From Candidatus Brocadia sp. (GTDB lineage Bacteria > Planctomycetota > Brocadiia > Brocadiales > Brocadiaceae): 32,000 nucleotides of DNA. The position numbers and the translations under genes are program-made. The stretch spans positions 3,090,001 through 3,122,000 of the forward strand of contig CP091279.1 in the NCBI GenBank assembly GCA_021650915.1, in the 5' to 3' direction. Under the pieces are notes generated by a model, which did not search any database, was not told the origin of the DNA, and was given only the letters and a program-made list of their open reading frames with translations. Each line of letters starts with the position of its first letter. Position 1 is the stretch's first letter. This document shows, one piece after another, positions 23,181-31,184 of this stretch.

Positions 23181-26046
23181 CGGCGCCGACGGTAAGCGCG
23201 ACGAGTCCCGTGAGCAATGAGACGAACGTGGCGGTCAACGGAGCGATAACGGTGACGTTCAGCGAGGCGATGGACGCCAATACGCTAACGACGGCGACGT
23301 TTAGCCTGACGGACGGAGTGACGCCGGTGACGGGCGCGGTGAGTTATACGGGTACGACGGCGACGTTTACGCCGACGGGCAGTTTGTCGTATGCGACCAG
23401 CTATACGGCGACGGTTACGACGGGGGTGACGGACCTGGCGGGCAATGCGCTGGGAGCGAATTACGTATGGGGATTTACGACAGGGGCGGAGCCTGACGTG
23501 ACGGCGCCGACGGTAAGCGCGACGAGTCCCGTGAGCAATGAGACGAACGTGGCGGTCAACGGAGCGATAACGGTGACGTTCAGCGAGGCGATGGACGCCA
23601 ATACGCTAACGACGGCGACGTTTAGCCTGACGGACGGAGTGACGCCGGTGACGGGCGCGGTGAGTTATACGGGTACGACGGCGACGTTTACGCCGACGGG
23701 CAGTTTGTCGTATGCGACCAGCTATACGGCGACGGTTACGACGGGGGTGACGGACCTGGCGGGCAATGCGCTGGGAGCGAATTACGTATGGGGATTTACG
23801 ACAGGGGCGGAGCCTGACGTGACGGCGCCGACGGTAAGCGCGACGAGTCCCGTGAGCAATGAGACGAACGTGGCGGTCAACGGAGCGATAACGGTGACGT
23901 TCAGCGAGGCGATGGACGCCAATACGCTAACGACGGCGACGTTTAGCCTGACGGACGGAGTGGCGCCGGTGACGGGCGCGGTGAGTTATACGGGTACGAC
24001 GGCGACGTTTACGCCGACGGGCAGCCTGTCGTATGCGACCAGCTATACGGCGACGGTTACGACGGGGGTGACGGACCTGGCGGGCAATGCGCTGGGAGCG
24101 AATTACGTATGGGGATTTACGACAGGGGCGGAGCCTGACGTGACGGCGCCGACGGTAAGCGCGACGAGTCCCGTGAGCAATGAGACGAACGTGGCGGTCA
24201 ACGGAGCGATAACGGTGACGTTCAGCGAGGCGATGGACGCCAATACGCTAACGACGGCGACGTTTAGCCTGACGGACGGAGTGACGCCGGTGACGGGCGC
24301 GGTGAGTTATACGGGTACGACGGCGACGTTTACGCCGACGGGCAGTTTGTCGTATGCGACCAGCTATACGGCGACGGTTACGACGGGGGTGACGGACCTG
24401 GCGGGCAATGCGCTGGGAGCGAATTACGTATGGGGATTTACGACAGGGGCGGAGCCTGACGTGACGGCGCCGACGGTAAGCGCGACGAGTCCCGTGAGCA
24501 ATGAGACGAACGTGGCGGTCAACGGAGCGATAACGGTGACGTTCAGCGAGGCGATGGACGCCAATACGCTAACGACGGCGACGTTTAGCCTGACGGACGG
24601 AGTGACGCCGGTGACGGGCGCGGTGAGTTATACGGGTACGACGGCGACGTTTACGCCGACGGGCAGCCTGTCGTATGCGACCAGCTATACGGCGACGGTT
24701 ACGACGGGGGTGACGGACCTGGCGGGCAATGCGCTGGGAGCGAATTACGTATGGGGATTTACGACAGGGGCGGAGCCTGACGTGACGGCGCCGACGGTAA
24801 GCGCGACGAGTCCCGTGAGCAATGAGACGAACGTGGCGGTCAACGGAGCGATAACGGTGACGTTCAGCGAGGCGATGGACGCCAATACGCTAACGACGGC
24901 GACGTTTAGCCTGACGGACGGAGTGACGCCGGTGACGGGCGCGGTGAGTTATACGGGTACGACGGCGACGTTTACGCCGACGGGCAGCCTGTCGTATGCG
25001 ACCAGCTATACGGCGACGGTTACGACGGGGGTGACGGACCTGGCGGGCAATGCGCTGGGAGCGAATTACGTATGGGGATTTACGACAGGGCGGAGCCTGA
25101 CGTGACGGCGCCGACGGTAAGCGCGACGAGTCCCGTGAGCAATGAGACGAACGTGGCGGTCAACGGAGCGATAACGGTGACGTTCAGCGAGGCGATGGAC
25201 GCCAATACGCTAACGACGGCGACGTTTAGCCTGACGGACGGAGTGACGCCGGTGACGGGCGCGGTGAGTTATACGGGTACGACGGCGACGTTTACGCCGA
25301 CGGGCAGCCTGTCGTATGCGACCAGCTATACGGCGACGGTTACGACGGGGGTGACGGACCTGGCGGGCAATGCGCTGGGAGCGAATTACGTATGGGGATT
25401 TACGACAGGGGCGGAGCCTGACGTGACGGCGCCGACGGTAAGCGCGACGAGTCCCGTGAGCGATGAGACGAACGTGGCGGTCAACGGAGCGATAACGGTG
25501 ACGTTCAGCGAGGCGATGGACGCCAATACGCTAACGACGGCGACGTTTAGCCTGACGGACGGAGTGGCGCCGGTGACGGGCGCGGTGAGTTATACGGGTA
25601 CGACGGCGACGTTTACGCCGACGGGCAGCCTGTCGTATGCGACCAGCTATACGGCGACGGTTACGACGGGGGTGACGGACCTGGCGGGCAATGCGCTGGG
25701 AGCGAATTACGTATGGGGATTTACGACAGGGGCGGAGCCTGACGTGACGGCGCCGACGGTAAGCGCGACGAGTCCCGTGAGCAATGAGACGAACGTGGCG
25801 GTCAACGGAGCGATAACGGTGACGTTCAGCGAGGCGATGGACGCCAATACGCTAACGACGGCGACGTTTAGCCTGACGGACGGAGTGACGCCGGTGACGG
25901 GCGCGGTGAGTTATACGGGTACGACGGCGACGTTTACGCCGACGGGCAGTTTGTCGTATGCGACCAGCTATACGGCGACGGTTACGACGGGGGTGACGGA
26001 CCTGGCGGGCAATGCGCTGGGGTCGAATTACGTATGGGGATTTACG
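22216..26046 (+). repeat. Tandem array of 12 near-identical 321-bp (107-codon) coding repeats
   Basis: Junction motif GGGGCGGAGCC begins at 22521, 22842, 23163, 23483, 23804, 24125, 24446, 24767, 25088, 25408 and 25729 (period 321, or 320 at the two contracted junctions). The only other variants I found by eye are gtgAcg/gtgGcg (T/A), agtttg/agcctg (synonymous) and aat/gat in unit 11. Confidence 0.95.
23147..25105 (+). CDS. Giant surface protein, fragment 2: repeat units 4-9 (listed Met start is an artefact)
   Basis: Six near-identical 107-aa units. The first residues, MGIYDR, are the YVWGFTT codons read in the shifted frame. No SD and no signal peptide. Confidence 0.6.
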   Translation: MGIYDRAEPDVTAPTVSATSPVSNETNVAVNGAITVTFSEAMDANTLTTATFSLTDGVTPVTGAVSYTGTTATFTPTGSLSYATSYTATVTTGVTDLAGNALGANYVWGFTTGAEPDVTAPTVSATSPVSNETNVAVNGAITVTFSEAMDANTLTTATFSLTDGVTPVTGAVSYTGTTATFTPTGSLSYATSYTATVTTGVTDLAGNALGANYVWGFTTGAEPDVTAPTVSATSPVSNETNVAVNGAITVTFSEAMDANTLTTATFSLTDGVAPVTGAVSYTGTTATFTPTGSLSYATSYTATVTTGVTDLAGNALGANYVWGFTTGAEPDVTAPTVSATSPVSNETNVAVNGAITVTFSEAMDANTLTTATFSLTDGVTPVTGAVSYTGTTATFTPTGSLSYATSYTATVTTGVTDLAGNALGANYVWGFTTGAEPDVTAPTVSATSPVSNETNVAVNGAITVTFSEAMDANTLTTATFSLTDGVTPVTGAVSYTGTTATFTPTGSLSYATSYTATVTTGVTDLAGNALGANYVWGFTTGAEPDVTAPTVSATSPVSNETNVAVNGAITVTFSEAMDANTLTTATFSLTDGVTPVTGAVSYTGTTATFTPTGSLSYATSYTATVTTGVTDLAGNALGANYVWGFTTGRSLT

Positions 26047-29000
26047 ACGACCGCTGTTGCGCCTCCCCAGGGCCTGCAGGCGTATTATCCGTTTGATGAG
26101 GGAAATGGGACGGTTGCAAGCGATTCATCGGGTAGTGGTAACAATGGCGCCATCAGTGGGGCAACCTGGACTACCGGTAAGAGTGAGGGGGGATTGAGTT
26201 TTGATGGGATTAATGATTATGTTGACCTTGGTGATCCGTTGTCACTCCAGCTAGGGAATGTCTCTGTTTCTGCCTGGTTTAAAACCACGGCTACGAGTGG
26301 CGTAATTGTTCGTAAGCGAGCGTATGGATATGGCCTTGATGTATGGAGTTCAGGAAGGATTTCTTTTTGGATTTATAATTCTGCTGCGACCCTATTCAGA
26401 GCGAGTTCCCCGCTTGCCTATAATGACAATGTATGGCACCACGCAGTTGGTGTTTACGACGGTTCCACAGTTAAGTTATATATAGATGGTAATCAGGTTG
26501 CCTCAGCAAGCGCAGGGACGATCTTTTACGGAGCGGGAGGAATTGCAATAGGCCGTGATGGAAATTCCAGCGGGTCTTATTTCGGAGGTTTGTTAGATGG
26601 GGTAAGCATTTATGATCAGGCGTTGAGTTCGCAGGACGTAATGAATTTATTTAATAACCCCGGATTGTTCGATGCAACGCCACCCACCGTGAGCGCAACG
26701 AGCCCGGCCAATAATGAGACGGGAGTGGAACTCAATAGTCCCGTCACTGCCACGTTTAGCGAGACGATGAATGCATCGACCATAAATGCGGCCACGTTCA
26801 CCGTAAACAGCGGGAATGGCCATATTGACGGGACGGTGTCCTACAGTGGAGTCGTGGCCACCTTTACACCCACAAGCAATTTGACGTATGGTGTTACCTA
26901 CACGGCAACGATTGCCACGGCCGTAAAGGATGCTGCCGGCAATGCACTAGCTGCAAACTACACGTGGAGCTTTACCGCAGGACCTCCTGACATGGTGCCG
27001 CCAACGGTAAGCGCAACGAGTCCTGCTGCGGATGAGATGGGGGTAACCATTTATGACTCCATTACTGCTACATTCAGTGAGGCAGTGGACCCAACGACAA
27101 TAACGACGGCCACGTTTAGCGTTACCGATGGAGTTACACCGGTGACGGGCACGGTGAGCTATACAGGGACGACGGCGACGTTTACGCCGGCGAGCAGCCT
27201 GGCATATGCGACCAGCTATACGGCAACCATTACAACGGGCGTAACCGATCCGGCGGGTAATGCCATGGCCTTGGATTACAGTTGGGGCTTTACCACAGGA
27301 CAGCCAGATGTGTCTCCACCGACGGTAAGTACAACGAGTCCGGCAAACAATGAAGTCAATGTAGCCGTTAGCAAAGTGATAGCGGTGACGTTCAGCGAGG
27401 TGATGGACGCCAATACGCTAACGACGGCGACGTTTAGCCTGACGGACGGTGTGACGCCGGTGGCGGGCGCAGTGAGTTATACGGGTACGACGGCGACGTT
27501 TACGCCGACGGGCAGCCTGTCGTATGCGACCAGCTATACGGCAACCATTACAGCGGGGGTGACGGACCTGGCGGGCAATGCGCTGGGGTCGAATTACGTA
27601 TGGGGATTTACGACGACCGCTGTTGCGCCTCCCCAGGGCCTGCAGGCGTATTATACGTTTGATGAGGGAAATGGGACGGTTGCAAACGATTCATCGGGTA
27701 GTGGTAACAATGGCGCCATCAGTGGGGCAACCTGGACTACCGGTAAGAGTGAGGGGGGATTGAGTTTTGATGGGATTAATGATTATGTTGACCTTGGTAA
27801 TCCGTTGTCACTCCAGCCGGGCAATGTCTCTGTTTCTGCCTGGTTTAAAACTACGGCAACGAGTGGCGTAATTGTTCGTAAGCGAGCGTATGGATATGGT
27901 CTTGATATCGTGAGTTCAGGAAGGATATCTTTTTGGATTTATAATTCTGCCGGCACTCTTTTCAGGGCGCAATCTCCGCTTGCCTATAATAACAATGTGT
28001 GGCACCATGCAGTTGGTGTTTACGACGGTTCCACAGTTAAGTTATATATAGATGGTAATCAGGTTGCCTCAGCAAGTGCCGGGACGATCTTTTACGGGGC
28101 GGGAGGAATTGCAATAGGCCGTGATGGAAATTCCAGCGGTTCTTATTTCGGAGGTTTGTTAGATGGGATAAGCATCTATGATCAGGCGTTGAGTTCGCAG
28201 GACGTAATGAATTTATTTAATAACCCCGGATTGTTCGATGCAACGCCACCCACCGTGAGCGCAACGAGCCCGGCCAATAATGAGACGGGAGTGGAACTCA
28301 ATAGTCCCGTCACTGCCACGTTTAGCGAGACGATGAATGCATCGACCATAAATGCGGCCACGTTCACCGTAAACAGCGGGAATGGCCATATTGACGGGAC
28401 GGTGTCCTACAGTGGAGTCGTGGCCACCTTTACACCCACAAGCAATTTGACGTACGGTGTTACCTACACGGCAACGATTACCACGGCCGTAAAGGATGCT
28501 GCCGGCAATGCACTAGCTGCAAACTACACGTGGAGCTTTACCGCAGGACCGCCTGGTTCAATAATACCTTCAGTAATCAAAACCCTTCCCGTTAGTAATG
28601 CAGCCAATGTGGCAGTTAACAGCGCTATCAACGTTATATTCAGCCAGGTGATGGATGCATCAACTATTAATACGTCCACATTTACCGTAAGTGACGGGAA
28701 CACCAATATCGAGGGGATGGTTTCCTGTAGTGGAATGACGGCCACCTTTACTCCATCAGGCAGTTTGGCGTATGCCGCCCCCTATACCGTAACGATCACC
28801 ACGGGGGTAAGGAGTTCATCAGGCAGCGCCATGGCTGAGGATTATACGTGGGGCTTTACTGCTGTGAGTGCACAGGAGGAAATGATACCCGACTGGACAA
28901 ATGTACTCTATAGCCCATTTCAACTCGTGTCTCCAACGGAGGTTACCAATCCGGTACAGAAGGGAAGCGACGTAACAGAGTATCCGGCAGATATGGTTGC

Positions 29001-30468
29001 AGATACGTTTCTTTTTTACGAGAACAATACCTGGTATATGTTCAATGAAATCTTAGGCAGTGGACATAATGGTGATCTTGCTGTTTCTCTGAGTTCCGAT
29101 GGATTGCACTGGACGTATCAACAGTTTGTGCTTGATGAGCCTCATCATCTTTCATACCCCCAGGTATTTAAATTTGGCGGTGAGTATTATATGCTGCCGG
29201 AGACGTCTGCCGTCAATGAAATAAAACTCTACAAGTCTACGGATTTCCCCTATACCTGGACACCCGTGTCTGTCCTTATCAGTGGCAAGGCATTTGTTGA
29301 TTCATCCATCTTCCGATATAACGGTAAGTGGTGGATCTTTACGGGTAATGCAACGATTAGTGATTGTTATTTGTATTATTCTGACAATCTGACCAGCGGG
29401 TGGATTGAGCATCCCATGAGTCCGCTTGTAACTGGCGATCCCAATAAGACGCGGCCTGCCGGGAGGGCCTTTGTGTACGACAACAACCGGGTCATTCGAA
29501 CCGCGCAGAACGGCGAATTCGTGAGGGTCTTTGAGGTTGATACCCTGACGACGACACAATATGCGGAGCATGAGATACCCGAGAGCCCCATTCTGAATAA
29601 AAGCGGGAGTGGTTGGAATGCAACGGGTATGCATCAGTTCGACCCGTGGTGGACGGGAAATCACTGGATTTGTTCGGTTGATGGGAGAAGCGGTAGTTAT
29701 AATACCTGGTCTGCGGGGATATACCTTTCATCACAACCGTCTTCTCCGAATGGCATTATTAATAGCCCTGCTGCTAATGTGACGATCGACAAAGGGGATT
29801 CAGTGCTATTTTCCGGCACGGGGAGTGATCTGGGCGGTAATCTGCCGCTGGGTTACCGGTGGAAGTTCGGTCCGGGTTCCGGAATTCCTGATTCCCTGCT
29901 GGAGGATCCTGGTCTAACGCAGTTCAATATCGCGGGCACTTTTACGGTTAGCTTTACCGTCACGGATGCCCTGGGAATTTATGATCCTACCCCCGGGATA
30001 CGGACCATTTCCGTTCTCGGCGCCTCTACTCCGATTCCGATGACGAACTGGAGTCTGTGGTATGTGGACAGCCAGGAGTCGGTAGGGGAGAATGCACCGG
30101 CAGTCAATGCCTTTGATGAGAATCCCGGTACGTACTGGCATACGAAATGGTTTCAGGGTTCTGATCCATTGCCCCATGAGATTCAGATAAATCTGGGGGC
30201 GGTGTATAATGTCAGTGGTTTCAGATATTTACCGCGCACAGATGATGAGGATAATGGCCGGATTAAGCACTGGGAGTTCTACGTGAGTATGGATGGGACG
30301 AATTGGGAGAGTGCAGTGGCTACGGGGATTTTTGTTAATGATGCCCTGGAAAAGGAGGTCTTTTTTCCGCAAAAGGCAGGGCAATATGTGCGCCTGAGGG
30401 CGTTGTCCGAGGTTAATAATAATCCGTGGACATCCATGGCAGAGATTACCGTATTGCAAAGCCAGTAA
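25072..30468 (+). CDS. Giant surface protein, fragment 3: repeat units 10-12, LamG, 3 Ig-like, LamG, 2 Ig-like, GH-like beta-propeller, PKD, F5/8 type C (discoidin) domain
   Basis: Propeller-like: ADTFLFYENNTWYMFNE..HHLSYPQVFKFGGEYYMLPETS..IKLYKSTDFPYTW..VDSSIFRYNGKWWIF..RPAGRAF..VIRTAQN. PKD: VLFSGTGSDLGGNLPLGYRWKFG..FTVSFTVTDALG. Discoidin: AVNAFDENPGTYWHTKW..PHEIQINLG..VSGFRYLPR..GRIKHWEFYVS.DGTNW..YVRLRALSE. Confidence 0.8.
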   Translation: MGIYDRAEPDVTAPTVSATSPVSNETNVAVNGAITVTFSEAMDANTLTTATFSLTDGVTPVTGAVSYTGTTATFTPTGSLSYATSYTATVTTGVTDLAGNALGANYVWGFTTGAEPDVTAPTVSATSPVSDETNVAVNGAITVTFSEAMDANTLTTATFSLTDGVAPVTGAVSYTGTTATFTPTGSLSYATSYTATVTTGVTDLAGNALGANYVWGFTTGAEPDVTAPTVSATSPVSNETNVAVNGAITVTFSEAMDANTLTTATFSLTDGVTPVTGAVSYTGTTATFTPTGSLSYATSYTATVTTGVTDLAGNALGSNYVWGFTTTAVAPPQGLQAYYPFDEGNGTVASDSSGSGNNGAISGATWTTGKSEGGLSFDGINDYVDLGDPLSLQLGNVSVSAWFKTTATSGVIVRKRAYGYGLDVWSSGRISFWIYNSAATLFRASSPLAYNDNVWHHAVGVYDGSTVKLYIDGNQVASASAGTIFYGAGGIAIGRDGNSSGSYFGGLLDGVSIYDQALSSQDVMNLFNNPGLFDATPPTVSATSPANNETGVELNSPVTATFSETMNASTINAATFTVNSGNGHIDGTVSYSGVVATFTPTSNLTYGVTYTATIATAVKDAAGNALAANYTWSFTAGPPDMVPPTVSATSPAADEMGVTIYDSITATFSEAVDPTTITTATFSVTDGVTPVTGTVSYTGTTATFTPASSLAYATSYTATITTGVTDPAGNAMALDYSWGFTTGQPDVSPPTVSTTSPANNEVNVAVSKVIAVTFSEVMDANTLTTATFSLTDGVTPVAGAVSYTGTTATFTPTGSLSYATSYTATITAGVTDLAGNALGSNYVWGFTTTAVAPPQGLQAYYTFDEGNGTVANDSSGSGNNGAISGATWTTGKSEGGLSFDGINDYVDLGNPLSLQPGNVSVSAWFKTTATSGVIVRKRAYGYGLDIVSSGRISFWIYNSAGTLFRAQSPLAYNNNVWHHAVGVYDGSTVKLYIDGNQVASASAGTIFYGAGGIAIGRDGNSSGSYFGGLLDGISIYDQALSSQDVMNLFNNPGLFDATPPTVSATSPANNETGVELNSPVTATFSETMNASTINAATFTVNSGNGHIDGTVSYSGVVATFTPTSNLTYGVTYTATITTAVKDAAGNALAANYTWSFTAGPPGSIIPSVIKTLPVSNAANVAVNSAINVIFSQVMDASTINTSTFTVSDGNTNIEGMVSCSGMTATFTPSGSLAYAAPYTVTITTGVRSSSGSAMAEDYTWGFTAVSAQEEMIPDWTNVLYSPFQLVSPTEVTNPVQKGSDVTEYPADMVADTFLFYENNTWYMFNEILGSGHNGDLAVSLSSDGLHWTYQQFVLDEPHHLSYPQVFKFGGEYYMLPETSAVNEIKLYKSTDFPYTWTPVSVLISGKAFVDSSIFRYNGKWWIFTGNATISDCYLYYSDNLTSGWIEHPMSPLVTGDPNKTRPAGRAFVYDNNRVIRTAQNGEFVRVFEVDTLTTTQYAEHEIPESPILNKSGSGWNATGMHQFDPWWTGNHWICSVDGRSGSYNTWSAGIYLSSQPSSPNGIINSPAANVTIDKGDSVLFSGTGSDLGGNLPLGYRWKFGPGSGIPDSLLEDPGLTQFNIAGTFTVSFTVTDALGIYDPTPGIRTISVLGASTPIPMTNWSLWYVDSQESVGENAPAVNAFDENPGTYWHTKWFQGSDPLPHEIQINLGAVYNVSGFRYLPRTDDEDNGRIKHWEFYVSMDGTNWESAVATGIFVNDALEKEVFFPQKAGQYVRLRALSEVNNNPWTSMAEITVLQSQ
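25810..28551 (+). repeat. Segmental duplication inside the giant gene: ~1.18-kb block (end of an Ig unit + LamG + Ig domain) present twice, offset 1566 bp
   Basis: 25810-26985 aligns with 27376-28551. The ORF track shows identical shadow ORFs at 26012/27578 and 26616/28182. Scattered substitutions only. Confidence 0.8.
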
Positions 30469-30645
30469 TCACCCTTTTGCCGAAGGGATTAGTTCAGGCA
30501 TTTATACTGATTGCTTTGGTGAACGCATAAAGAAAGCCATCCCTGTCAGGGTATAAAACCCCGACAGGGATGATTTGCTAATCTCATGCTTTGGATCGTA
30601 TTGTTTCCGGCCTGTTCTGGTTTGGTTGCCATTCGGCGTATTTTC

Positions 30646-30665
30646 AAATCCCACCGGGATTTTTT
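30646..30665 (+). terminator. Candidate intrinsic terminator downstream of the giant gene
   Basis: AAATCCC acc GGGATTT followed by TTT. An additional 9-bp-stem hairpin without a T-tract lies at 30539-30571 (ATCCCTGTC..GACAGGGAT). Confidence 0.45.
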
Positions 30666-31184
30666 CTCTTCCGTATTCTTTTTCGTTTCATTTCATTGCA
30701 GCAGTTCTGAGGTAACCATTATTATTTTTACTCTCTCTTCGAAGGTTTCCAATAAATCACCGGCTTCTTATGGAAGGGGTAAATCAGGATACGCTGGAGA
30801 ATCAATTTGCAGTTGATAAATACCGTAACAAACATTACAATCTTCCATACGCCGATATTCAGTTGGAGTCAAATCCCGCAAATAATCTTCATGATTGTTT
30901 AGTATAGCTCATATGGTTTTTCAGAAGCGTACCATAAATAACCCAGTGTCGCCCACCGCAGCAAACCTCACCTCTTATTTGACTGAACTTACGAAGAAGT
31001 AAGGAGGAAGTAAAAAAATATGAAATAAGAAAGATTGAGCACTGCAAAACGATAGGAAAGTAATTTTAATCAGGGTAAATTTGTTTTATACGGGCATGGA
31101 TTCCCTTCAAACCAAGAATATCTCTTGTGGAGGTTTTAAAAAAAAGATACTTTACCGATTATCATCAGGACGATTTTTTAAAAT

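Larger units (their letters stand above)
20448..30468 (+). pseudogene. Single giant secreted Ig-repeat / LamG / GH-like propeller / PKD / discoidin protein gene (~3340 codons if repaired), interrupted as assembled by two 1-nt deletions
   Basis: The three consecutive ORFs continue the same 107-aa repeat across both breaks. At 23163-23165 and 25088-25090 the junction reads ACAGGGCGGAG, whereas the 9 other junctions read ACAGGGGCGGAG. Frames step 0>2>1 as expected for single-base losses. GGAGG lies 7 nt before ATG 20448. Signal peptide ..VLYTLFFSCVFLFFVFQQAYA|QD. Confidence 0.8.

Noticed and set aside
22216-26046. Regular 321-bp repeats as a CRISPR-like array
   Set aside because: There are no unique spacers. 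The units are contiguous, in frame, and encode an Ig-like domain.
26012-28367. Paired 61-aa shadow ORFs (26012/27578 plus strand, 26616/28182 minus strand) and other short ORFs inside the giant gene
   Set aside because: They are alternative-frame or antisense readings of the duplicated coding segment, and their duplication only mirrors the 1566-bp segmental repeat.
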